Below are positions 29,665-38,309 of a DNA stretch of 64,000 bases, in pieces; within the stretch, counting starts at the first letter, position 1; the number at the start of each line of letters is the position of its first letter. Below the pieces are notes generated by a model that saw only the letters and a list, made by a program, of their open reading frames with translations, was not told the origin of the DNA and did not search any database. The position numbers and the translations under genes are program-made. Source of the stretch: an uncultured bacterium (lineage in GTDB: Bacteria > Actinomycetota > Coriobacteriia > Coriobacteriales > Coriobacteriaceae); contig CAJMMN010000006.1 of the NCBI GenBank assembly GCA_905214525.1, positions 19,051 to 83,050 on the forward strand, written 5' to 3'.

Positions 29665-30777
29665 CTAGTCGCGGTAGCGGTAGTACGCCGCGCAGCTGCC
29701 CTCGGAACTCACCATGCACGGGCCGACGGGGTGCTCGGGCGTGCAGGTGCGGCCAAAGAGCGGGCAGCTGCTCGGCGCAATGGCCCCGCGCAGCACGTCG
29801 CCGCAGCGGCACCCGCGCGGCTCGACCGTCGCCTCAACGGGCACGTCAAAGCGAGCACGGCCATCAAAGCGCGAGAACTCGGGGCGGATGGAAAGGCCCG
29901 AGTTGGCAATCAGCCCCAGCCCGCGCCATGTGGTATCGCACGGCTCAAATACCTGCTCGACCAGCTGGCGCGCCACGGGATTGCCGTCGGCATTGACGCC
30001 GCGACGGTAGGCGTTGTCGATCGCGAGCCTGTCCTCGACAACCATCTGGACCAGCATACAGATGCCCTGCAGGATATCGACCGGTTCAAATCCTGTGACC
30101 ACGCCCGGGGTATTGAACTCGTCGACCAAAAAGCCAAAGGGGGCTAAGCCCGTGATGGTGGCGACGTGGCCCGGCAGGATAAAGCCGTCGATAGTGGTCT
30201 CGGGATCGTTGGCGATGGCGCGCAGCGCCGGCGGCGTGGTCTTGTGGGCGCAATAGACCGAGAAGTTTTGGAGTCCGCGTGCATCGGCCTCCAAAATGGC
30301 GGCGGCGATGGTGGGCGTCGTGGTCTCAAAGCCGACGCCCATAAAGATGACCGGGCGGTCGGGGTTTTGCTCGGCAATATCGAGCGCGTCGAGCGGGGAG
30401 TAGACGATGCGAATGTCGCACCCTGCCGCCTTTTGCGCGGCGAGCGAGGTGGACGATCCGGGCACACGCATCATGTCGCCAAAGGTGGTGGTGATGGCGC
30501 CGTCTATGCTGGCGAGCGCGATTGCATGGTCGATATCGCGGTTGGCGGTAACGCAGACGGGGCAACCCGGGCCGCTCAGCAGCTTGAGTCCCGCCGGCAT
30601 AATGGAGCGAAAGCCATAGCGGCCAATGCTCACGGTATGCGTACCGCAGACTTCCATAAGGTTGATGCTGCGGTTGCCGACAAGCTCATGAATACGATCG
30701 ATGAGCTCGCGAGCCAGCTTGGGATCGCGGAATGCCGAGAAGTCGATACCGGAGCGCGCCGGCTGCTCGGCCGCCAC
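29665..30777 (-). CDS. hypD: [NiFe]-hydrogenase maturation protein HypD
   Basis: MEVCGTHT, GPGCPVCV and C-terminal CxxHP-type Fe-S motifs. Overlaps hypC. Confidence 0.9.
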   Translation of the reverse strand: MAAEQPARSGIDFSAFRDPKLARELIDRIHELVGNRSINLMEVCGTHTVSIGRYGFRSIMPAGLKLLSGPGCPVCVTANRDIDHAIALASIDGAITTTFGDMMRVPGSSTSLAAQKAAGCDIRIVYSPLDALDIAEQNPDRPVIFMGVGFETTTPTIAAAILEADARGLQNFSVYCAHKTTPPALRAIANDPETTIDGFILPGHVATITGLAPFGFLVDEFNTPGVVTGFEPVDILQGICMLVQMVVEDRLAIDNAYRRGVNADGNPVARQLVEQVFEPCDTTWRGLGLIANSGLSIRPEFSRFDGRARFDVPVEATVEPRGCRCGDVLRGAIAPSSCPLFGRTCTPEHPVGPCMVSSEGSCAAYYRYRD

Positions 30778-31037
30778 TAGTATGCCTCGGCCGGGTTGGT
30801 GGCAAGCTGGTCTTCTTCGACCAGCTCGGACATGGCATTAACAAGCTCGAGCGTTTCCTGTGCTTCCTGCTCGTCGACGATCTGGATGCCAAATCCAGCG
30901 TGCACCAGAATATAGTCGCCTACCTGTGCCGTCGGCACGAGTCTCAGCGAAACAGGGCGCTCGATGCCCATCATGTCGACGGTGGCCTTGAGGTCATCGT
31001 TGCGTTTGACTACTTTACCGGGAACGGCAAGGCACAT
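30777..31037 (-). CDS. hypC: [NiFe]-hydrogenase maturation chaperone HypC
   Basis: The MCLAVPGKVV N-terminus has the essential Cys2. 86 aa. Confidence 0.85.
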   Translation of the reverse strand: MCLAVPGKVVKRNDDLKATVDMMGIERPVSLRLVPTAQVGDYILVHAGFGIQIVDEQEAQETLELVNAMSELVEEDQLATNPAEAY

Positions 31038-31167
31038 AATGTTCCCCTTTTAGACGCTTTGCGCTGGATAGGCGCTCAATAATCCATCAGTTGATGGTAG
31101 CGCTCGCGGGGTTCGCGGGCAAACGCGTTACGCCTGTGAGACGGCGGCGCGCACGCTGGCAAAACGC

Positions 31168-33852
31168 CTATCGCGATGCTGTCTGCGCGAGGCGAGTGCG
31201 AGCGATGGCGGCCTGACCGTAGGCGATGCAGCCGTCGTTGACGGGCACGGCGTGGGGGACCAAGACGGCAAGACCGGCGTCTTTGAGTTCGTGGGTAAAG
31301 AGCTGAAGCAAAAGCCGGTTCATGAACACGCCACCCGAGAGCGCGACGGTATCGATGCCTTCGCGCGCACAGATTTCGCGTGCGATTCGTGCCGAAGAGC
31401 GCGCGATGGTGATATGGAAGTCGAGCGCGAGCCGGTCGGCGGATTCTCCGGTCTCGATTCTGCTCAAAAGTGCCTCAAAAAGTGGCTTGGGGTCCAGAAC
31501 GAAAGGGCTGTCCGAGGCAGCCTGGACAGTTAGTTCAGATACGTATTTTTTAGAGCGGCTCTGGGTGGCAAAAGTCGTCTGTGGGGACTCCAAATGGGTC
31601 GATTTGGGGCCTGTGCCGGGCACGCTTGCTGTAAATAGGGTGTCCGGAGAGCCTATTTTGGCCAAATCTGAGGCAAAAATGCCAGATAGGGGGTTAGTAG
31701 TTAATACGTATCTGAACAAACTGTCCAGTGACGTTGAGACGGATGCCGATACGCCCGCCTGATTGCCAGCGAAACGGCTGATTTCGCCGTCAAGCGCGCG
31801 CCAGGCGGCGGATTCGAGTTCTAAGGCGGGTTCGCCCTCGTAGGTTGCCTTGTCGCAGATGCCCAGAATTGCTGCCGCGGCATCAAAGAGACGCCCCATG
31901 CTGCTGGTACGCGGGGCGTTGATACCGCGCTCGATCATGGTGGCTGTCACGCTGTGCGTTTGCTCGTCGAGGTTGTCCAAAAGCCGAGCGGTGCCTGGGT
32001 GCTCGAGTAGGCCAAGTTCGCTGAGCAAGGCGAAGGCGTTGCGGCGGGCGTCACGCACGGAGGCCGCTCCGCCGGGGAGCGCCCAGGTGCGCAAATGCGC
32101 GGCGCGCTCAAAGCTGCCAAGGCTGGCGACAAGAAACTCGCCGCCCCAAATGGTCCCATCGGTGCCGGCGCCGGTGCCGTCAAAGGCGATGCCAAGGACA
32201 CGCGCGTCGGTTGTAAGCTGGCCCGCGGCGATGGCCTCGGCCATCACGCTCGCGATGTGCGCATGATGATGTTGAACTTCAACAAGCGGCATACCCTGTT
32301 TCTGCGCCTGTTCGCGCGCCCACTGGCTCGACAGATAGCTGGGATGCATGTCGCATGCTAAGGCGGCGGGCGCCAAGTCAAAGAGGTTTTCCAAGCGCGT
32401 GCGCGCTGCGTTCCAGGCATCGAAGGTCCCGCCGTTTTCAACATCGCCGATATGCTGCGAGACAAAACAGGTTGCCTCGCCGTTCGTCCCTTCACGCGTG
32501 AGCGCAATCGTGGCCTTTTGTTGTGGCCCGCAAGCGAGCACGCAGGACGGAGCGCCGTCGAGCGCCGGCAACGGCAGCGGCTGGGGTGCATATCCGCGAG
32601 CGCGGCGAACGGGCATAACGATGCCGTCGACCACGCGTACCACGGAGTCGTCGTAGCGCGAGAGGATCGCGCGGTCGTTACCGAGCAACGCGTCGGCAAT
32701 GCCGGCGGCAACGAGGTGTTCCCAGGCAAGATCGTCGTCGGTTTCTATGGGTTCTTCGCTCAGGTTTCCGCTGGTCATGACGAGCGCGTGCATACCGCAG
32801 GCTTCTGCCGCGGCAAGCAACAGATGTTGAAGCGGCGTATAGGGGAGCATGATGCCGAGCTCGGGCAAGTCATGCACGACAGATGGCGCGAGGGCGAGGA
32901 AGTCGGGGGAACCGCCGTTGCCCTCGCCAACAGTGCGCCGGCGCAGCAGCACGATGGGGCGGATACTGCCGGCGAGCAGATCGCGTTCAGCATCGTCGAT
33001 ATGACACAGGCGCTCGGTATCAGCAAGGCTGCGCACCATAACGGCAAGTGGTTTGTTGCTGCGGCGTTTGCGACGGCGCAGCTCGGCCACCGCCTGCTCG
33101 TTGGCAGCGTCACAGGATAGATGGAATCCGCCCAGGCCCTTGATGGCGACGATGCCACCGTTGGCCAGCAGCTCAACGCAGCGCTCGATGATAGCGTCGC
33201 TGGCCTCGCGTGTGGTACCGACGGCCGGTGTCGCGGACGAATTCCCGTACGCATCGCCGTTCACAGCCTCGCGCCACGTAATATGCGGCCCGCAATCAAA
33301 GCAGGCATCGGGTTGCGCGTGAAAGCGACGGTCGAGTGGATTGGCATACTCTGCGGCACACTCGGGGCACATGGGAAAACGATCCATCGACGTGGCCGCT
33401 CGGTCATAAGGCAGCGAGCGGATGATGGTAAAGCGCGGCCCGCAGTTGGTGCAGTTGATAAAAGGGTAGTGATAGCGCCGATCGGCGGGGTCGAACAGCT
33501 CGCGCAGGCAATCGTCACAGGTGGCGATATCGGGCGAGACAAGTGTGGTGTGCGCGGTTTGATCCTGCGACGCCACAATGCGAAAGTCCTGCTCATCGGC
33601 AGCGCTCCAGCCGCCAGGCTCCAAATCCGCAACATCGACTCGCTCAACGCGAGCCGCCGCAGGCGCATGCTCAGAAAGCGCGGCAACAAAAGCATCGAGC
33701 GCATCGGCCGGAGCATGCGCTTCGATATGCACGCCGTCGCCCGCATTGAGCACCCAGCCGTAAATGTCATGCGCCATAGCCTCGCGATACACAAATGGCC
33801 GCATGCCAACGCCCTGCACAATGCCCGTCACATGAATATGCACATGCCGCAT
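31168..33852 (-). CDS. hypF: Carbamoyltransferase HypF (894 aa, carrying a ~69-aa in-frame insertion)
   Basis: Acylphosphatase domain HVTGIVQGVGMRPF, two CxxC..CxxC zinc fingers, and YrdC-like and Kae1-like domains. Start ATG 33852 follows GAGGAG. See the finding on the insertion at 31522-31728. Confidence 0.9.
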   Translation of the reverse strand: MRHVHIHVTGIVQGVGMRPFVYREAMAHDIYGWVLNAGDGVHIEAHAPADALDAFVAALSEHAPAAARVERVDVADLEPGGWSAADEQDFRIVASQDQTAHTTLVSPDIATCDDCLRELFDPADRRYHYPFINCTNCGPRFTIIRSLPYDRAATSMDRFPMCPECAAEYANPLDRRFHAQPDACFDCGPHITWREAVNGDAYGNSSATPAVGTTREASDAIIERCVELLANGGIVAIKGLGGFHLSCDAANEQAVAELRRRKRRSNKPLAVMVRSLADTERLCHIDDAERDLLAGSIRPIVLLRRRTVGEGNGGSPDFLALAPSVVHDLPELGIMLPYTPLQHLLLAAAEACGMHALVMTSGNLSEEPIETDDDLAWEHLVAAGIADALLGNDRAILSRYDDSVVRVVDGIVMPVRRARGYAPQPLPLPALDGAPSCVLACGPQQKATIALTREGTNGEATCFVSQHIGDVENGGTFDAWNAARTRLENLFDLAPAALACDMHPSYLSSQWAREQAQKQGMPLVEVQHHHAHIASVMAEAIAAGQLTTDARVLGIAFDGTGAGTDGTIWGGEFLVASLGSFERAAHLRTWALPGGAASVRDARRNAFALLSELGLLEHPGTARLLDNLDEQTHSVTATMIERGINAPRTSSMGRLFDAAAAILGICDKATYEGEPALELESAAWRALDGEISRFAGNQAGVSASVSTSLDSLFRYVLTTNPLSGIFASDLAKIGSPDTLFTASVPGTGPKSTHLESPQTTFATQSRSKKYVSELTVQAASDSPFVLDPKPLFEALLSRIETGESADRLALDFHITIARSSARIAREICAREGIDTVALSGGVFMNRLLLQLFTHELKDAGLAVLVPHAVPVNDGCIAYGQAAIARTRLAQTASR
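31522..31728. mobile_element. 207-bp AT-richer palindromic (MITE-like) insertion lying in frame inside hypF
   Basis: Terminal ~27-bp imperfect inverted repeats (CTGGACAGTTAGTTCAGATACGTATT / AATACGTATCTGAACAAACTGTCCAG), including perfect 15-mers at 31533-31547 and 31703-31717. The length is 69 codons. Confidence 0.6.
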
Positions 33853-33967
33853 GCGACACTCCTCATCAAAACCGACCAAAATAGACAGGTTTATTTTGGT
33901 AGGTAAAACGCTAAACCTGCCAAAACAAACCTGTCCCTTTTTGGCAGGTGCGCTGCGGGAAATCCCG

Positions 33968-34480
33968 CTACAGCCCCAGGCTCTGCCTGGTGGCGGCACA
34001 CGTGAGCTCGCCGTGCTTAACGCCGCGCAGGCCCAGCAGGCGATCGGCTAGTTCGTAGACGCGCTCGCCGCGACCCTTGAGTGCCAGGATCTCCAGACAG
34101 TTGTGGTGATCCAGATGCACGTGCATGGTCGATACGATCTCGTCGGTGTAGTCGTGCTGCACTTCGTCCAGACGGCGCGTCAGGTCGCCGGTATGGTGGT
34201 CGTAGATCATGGTGAGCGACCCGATAACATGCTCGTCGGGCGTGCGCATCTGCTCCTTGGCGATCGAGGCGCGAATCAGGTCGCGCACGGCCTCGGAGCG
34301 GTTGGCCACGTCGCCGCGGCGCGCGATCTGTTCGTCAAAACGGCGCAGCAGGTCATCCGGTGCGGTAACCGAAAAACGGACCAGCTCGGAGCCGGAGCCA
34401 CTACAGTGGCAGCCCGCGTCACCGTCCGCCCCGTGCGGATGCTCGTGCTCGTACCCGCAGCCGTGCTCGTGTTCGGCCAC
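33968..34480 (-). CDS. nikR: Nickel-responsive regulator NikR with a His/Cys-rich N-terminal extension
   Basis: RHH domain LVRFSVTAPDDLLRRFDEQIARRGDVANRSEAVRDLIR. High-affinity Ni-site motif HVHLDHHNCLE. GTG start lies 1 nt after the upstream small gene's stop. Confidence 0.8.
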   Translation of the reverse strand: MAEHEHGCGYEHEHPHGADGDAGCHCSGSGSELVRFSVTAPDDLLRRFDEQIARRGDVANRSEAVRDLIRASIAKEQMRTPDEHVIGSLTMIYDHHTGDLTRRLDEVQHDYTDEIVSTMHVHLDHHNCLEILALKGRGERVYELADRLLGLRGVKHGELTCAATRQSLGL

Positions 34481-34481
34481 C

Positions 34482-34730
34482 TTACACCAGCTTCACGGAG
34501 CCGACGGAGTTGTGGTCGGCCTCGATGGCTTCCTCGTAGCCCTCGAGCGCGTCATGCGCCTCGTGCAACGCGGCCATGGCGGCCTCGAGCTTGGCGCCGA
34601 TGCGCTCCATGTCAAAATTCTCGGTCGCATGCAGCAACTGATGGCTCCATTCGTGAGCGAGCTCGATGGTGTCGTCGACCTGTTTGACGCTCATGGCAAG
34701 CTGGCTCATGTTCATTCCAACATCATGCAT
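34482..34730 (-). CDS. Small (82 aa) helical, His/Glu-rich protein, translationally coupled to nikR
   Basis: AAGGAG lies 8 nt upstream of ATG 34730. Seven His residues in predicted helices. No family recognised. Confidence 0.45.
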   Translation of the reverse strand: MHDVGMNMSQLAMSVKQVDDTIELAHEWSHQLLHATENFDMERIGAKLEAAMAALHEAHDALEGYEEAIEADHNSVGSVKLV

Positions 34731-34809
34731 GGGAAATCTCCTTTTGTATGGGGTAGTTCAGTGGTTCAGATTTTACTACGCCCGCTTTGCGCGCAGCTGC
34801 ATAAGAAAA

Positions 34810-34838
34810 CGGGTGCGAGTCTGTGCGACCCGCACCCG
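34810..34838 (-). terminator. Intrinsic terminator after trxA
   Basis: 12-bp stem CGGGTGCGAGTC / GACCCGCACCCG, followed by TTTTCTTAT on the minus strand. Confidence 0.7.
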
Positions 34839-34961
34839 TTCACTGGGGGCTGTTTGTGACTACCATACTATCCGTGGTTGCACTCGGTGCATTCAGAAGT
34901 CCGGCGAGCGGCGTAAAAGCGCTCATGGACGGCAGGCAGACGGCAACATGTAACAAGCGTA

Positions 34962-35282
34962 TTACAGATGTTTCTCCAGCAGCGCCTGCAGCCTCGCCTT
35001 GGGCAGAGCGCCAACCGAGCGGTCAATCTCTTCGCCGTTCTTAAACACAATCAGCGTGGGGATGCTCATGACGCCATACTTCATGGCCAGGTCCTGGTTG
35101 TCGTCGACGTTGCATTTGGCAACGGCAAGCTTGCCCGCCAGCTCATCGGCAACCTCGTCAACGATGGGCGAGAGGGATCGACAGGGCCCGCACCACGGTG
35201 CCCAAAAATCGACCAGCACGGGCAGGCTGTCGTTAACGACGGAATCGAAATTCTCGGGGGTAATCTGCTTAATGTCAGCCAT
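34962..35282 (-). CDS. trxA: Thioredoxin
   Basis: WAPWCGPC active site, 106 aa. Start set at ATG 35282 (MADIKQI). Confidence 0.9.
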   Translation of the reverse strand: MADIKQITPENFDSVVNDSLPVLVDFWAPWCGPCRSLSPIVDEVADELAGKLAVAKCNVDDNQDLAMKYGVMSIPTLIVFKNGEEIDRSVGALPKARLQALLEKHL

Positions 35283-35418
35283 GGTGACCTCCATAATGCG
35301 ACGCGGCTTGGCCGCGTAAAACTCAGTACGACCGTGCTTATACCCAGCCGCCCGCAAAGCAACCACTCGCGGGCAGCTCTTTTATATAATGGTGGGCACG
35401 CAAACGATTGGAGAGCGC

Positions 35419-35994
35419 ATGTCCACGTCACAAAGCCAGAAAAAAGAAGCCATCGCCCAGGCGGCCGAGCAGGAGCTCACATCGCTTGCGGTCCGTGGCG
35501 TGCGTATCGCGGGCAACGCGTGCTCGCCGATCGTGCTGGTCAAAGGCGATTTGGACGAGGCCGAGCGTTCGGGTGGCGAGCTTGCCGCCGGCCCGGATGG
35601 CGCGGCGTTGCGCAAGGCGCTTGGGGCCATCGGCTACGCGCCCGAGGATTTTTGCGTGCTGGCAAGCGTCGCCGGCGCAGGCGACGGAGCGGTCGCGGTG
35701 GGCGAGACTCTGCCGTGCGAGCTGTTCCGTGAGGCGCTTGAGGCTTTGGACCCCGAGGCGGTGCTACTGCTCGACAACAACGCGGCTGACGCCATGCGCG
35801 AGACCTACGCCGATATGCTCGTGGCGATCGATGACTTCGACACCGCCATGCTCAAGCCCGGCTTGGTCGCCCATGTGCAGGGTCGCCGCGTGCTCGCGCT
35901 CGACGGTTTTGAGGCGGCACTCACCGACAAGGCCGCTAAGCAGCGCATGTGGGCCTACATCAAGCAGCTGACTCCGGCGGCCGCTCCGCTGTAG
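35419..35994 (+). CDS. Hypothetical protein (possibly a degenerate uracil-DNA-glycosylase-like fold)
   Basis: GGAGAG precedes ATG 35419. IVLVKGDL..GPDGAALRKALGAIGY loosely resembles the UDG family-4 layout but lacks the GEAPG and HPS motifs. Confidence 0.4.
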   Translation: MSTSQSQKKEAIAQAAEQELTSLAVRGVRIAGNACSPIVLVKGDLDEAERSGGELAAGPDGAALRKALGAIGYAPEDFCVLASVAGAGDGAVAVGETLPCELFREALEALDPEAVLLLDNNAADAMRETYADMLVAIDDFDTAMLKPGLVAHVQGRRVLALDGFEAALTDKAAKQRMWAYIKQLTPAAAPL

Positions 35995-36068
35995 CGAGCC
36001 CGCGTCGACAAACGACCCCGAGCGGGCGAGCCGTACCCGCGGAACGCAAATCCGTCGCGCCCGCGCCC

Positions 36069-37349
36069 TTACATCACAGCGCGCAGCTCAAACCGATCGC
36101 CGTTAATGCGGAACTGGCAGTTGCCGTTCATGCGTTCGACGGCAAGCTTAATGCTCTTGGTGCCAAAGCCGTGACCGGCGTGCTGAGCCACGGGCATGCC
36201 GTCGACCATGTGCGGCGCCCGTCCAAATGTGTTGGAAACCGAAAGCAGCAGCTGCCCGTCCTCAAACCGCAGATCAAGATCGACAAAGCGCTTGCCCTCG
36301 GGGGCGGTGCTCGCCGCGGCAATGGCGTTTTCCAGGGCATTCGAAAGCACGCTGAACAGGTCGACATCGGCCACATGCACGCTCTGGGGCACGGCGGCGC
36401 GCAAGTCGGCGGAAATGCCGCGCTTGCTGATGTCCGAGCCAAACGACGAAAGCGCGATGTTGACGGTCTCGTTGGCGCTGTAGCGGCGCACGGCGGTGCG
36501 GTCGTTGGCCTCGCATAGCGTATCGATGCGATCGAGTGCCTCGTCGGTGCGGCCTTCTTCGATCAAGACGGCCAGACCGCGCAAGAAGTGCCGCATGTCG
36601 TGGCGCAGAATCGACAGCTCGCGTCCGGACTGGCGCCATGCATCGAGTTCCTTCATGGCCGAGCTATCGCGTGTCTCGAGCATCCAGCGTTCGCGCTCGG
36701 CAGCCTCTTTTTCTTCGTATTCACGCAGGTAAACGGCAAGAAACATAAGATAGAAGGCGCAGAGCGCAAAGGCCAAAAACTCAACCGTTACCACCGAGCC
36801 CGAGTGGAACAGCGTGGTGTAGACGTTGGTGGCATAGTCAAAGACGTAATAGACGAGCGGCAGGATGAGCAGAATCTCGAGCTCGGTAGGGCTTTTGACC
36901 GCCAGACGGGGTCCAATGTCACGGGCCCAATGCAGCAGGATCGCAAAGACGGCGACCGTGGTGATAATGCGCGCCACGTAGTACGCGATTTGCGAGTCAG
37001 TGGCGGCGAGCGCGGCGATGCCCATCCAGTTGCTGAATTGGCAGCTCAGGTAGGCACTGGTGATTCCCAACATAACGAGCAGCGGGCTCAGACGATAGCG
37101 CGCACACAGGTAGACGATAAGCGGCAGGTGCACGACAAGCGGATAAGCCTGACGGGCAAAAAGCTCTCCGCCTACGACATTGGCGATCGAAAAGGCAGCG
37201 CCGGTTGCGGCTCCGACCCCCACCAACTCGAGTGCATGGCGTCGATTAATTTCGATACCGCACAGCGCCGCCGAGGCAAAGACGCCAAAGAGTAGCGTTG
37301 TGGCGTGGTGGATTGCCCAAAGGACCATTTCGACCGAGGAGATCATCAA
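36069..37349 (-). CDS. AgrC/ComD-like (HPK10) membrane sensor histidine kinase
   Basis: 6-7 N-terminal TM helices. H-box ILRHDMRHFL. GHKL ATPase motifs LSNALENAI and GHGFGTKSI. 4-nt overlap with the LytTR regulator. Confidence 0.75.
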   Translation of the reverse strand: MMISSVEMVLWAIHHATTLLFGVFASAALCGIEINRRHALELVGVGAATGAAFSIANVVGGELFARQAYPLVVHLPLIVYLCARYRLSPLLVMLGITSAYLSCQFSNWMGIAALAATDSQIAYYVARIITTVAVFAILLHWARDIGPRLAVKSPTELEILLILPLVYYVFDYATNVYTTLFHSGSVVTVEFLAFALCAFYLMFLAVYLREYEEKEAAERERWMLETRDSSAMKELDAWRQSGRELSILRHDMRHFLRGLAVLIEEGRTDEALDRIDTLCEANDRTAVRRYSANETVNIALSSFGSDISKRGISADLRAAVPQSVHVADVDLFSVLSNALENAIAAASTAPEGKRFVDLDLRFEDGQLLLSVSNTFGRAPHMVDGMPVAQHAGHGFGTKSIKLAVERMNGNCQFRINGDRFELRAVM

Positions 37350-38068
37350 CGCCTCCCGCCCTCAAAGCGCACCGCAAAGTAGGCGTCTTGGAATCCCTGC
37401 TTGCAGCTGCGCGAAAGCGGGATGCACGCGCCCGAGCGCATGACGATGTCCGTGCGATCGAAGTGATCGATATTGCGCAGGTTGACCTGGTAGCTGCGGT
37501 GGCATTTAAAGAAGACCGCGTTTTGCGCCAAACGGTCCTCGACGCTGCGGAACGACTCGAGTGCCTCGATATCGCGCCCATCGCGCAGATGGAAGACCAC
37601 GTGCTTGTTGCGCGCCTCGGCATATTCGATGTCGGACAGGCGCAGGGCGTGGTAGCCAAAGGACGTTTTGATCACGAGCTCGTCGGTTGCCGCCGGGCGC
37701 ATGCTCGAAAGCTCGTCGAGTAACTGCGCCAGGCGTTCGTAAGTCACGGGCTTGAGCAGATAGTCGAAGGCGCGGACCTCGTAGGACTCCAGAGCGAACT
37801 CGGGCGACGAGGTAAGGAACACCAGACGCACGGCGGTATCGGCCTGGCGCAATTCGCGCGCGGTGTCCATGCCGTTGACGAGCGGCATGATCATGTCGAG
37901 CAGGATGATGTCGGCGCGCGACGCGGCATGGCGCGCCAGCAGGTCCTCGCCGCGCGTAACGAGCGCAACATCGACCGCCGTGCCCGTCTCGGTCGACCAA
38001 CGGTCGACCATCCGGTGCAGTCTATCTAGAAAAGCGACGTCATCGTCGCAGGCAATAATCTTGAGCAT
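37346..38068 (-). CDS. LytTR/AgrA-family response regulator
   Basis: REC domain (MLKIIACDDD..IILLDMIMP) plus a C-terminal LytTR DNA-binding domain (FFKCHRSYQVNLRNI). Confidence 0.9.
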   Translation of the reverse strand: MLKIIACDDDVAFLDRLHRMVDRWSTETGTAVDVALVTRGEDLLARHAASRADIILLDMIMPLVNGMDTARELRQADTAVRLVFLTSSPEFALESYEVRAFDYLLKPVTYERLAQLLDELSSMRPAATDELVIKTSFGYHALRLSDIEYAEARNKHVVFHLRDGRDIEALESFRSVEDRLAQNAVFFKCHRSYQVNLRNIDHFDRTDIVMRSGACIPLSRSCKQGFQDAYFAVRFEGGRR

Positions 38069-38309
38069 TCGGCCCCCTTAGTAATTCGATTTTGCCACAT
38101 TGGGCGCGTACCGCTCGCGGGGGTGCGCACCGTTTGCGCCCCACGGCGTGCAACTCGCGCCAAGCGGCAGGGCGTTAGAAAGTGCAGCAGCAAAATAATC
38201 CGTGGATAAACATGTCAATACATGCTGGTGGCTGGCCGGGGAACACGCCAGCCGCCAGCGCCAAACGATGCCAGACATCGCGAAGCATAGGGATAAAGGG
38301 AGCTGCACG

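Noticed and set aside
28012-30147. 711-aa plus-strand ORF spanning the HAD, hypE and hypD loci
   Set aside because: It crosses three well-supported minus-strand genes and their intergenic gaps. It is Gly/Ala/Arg-rich with no domain signature.
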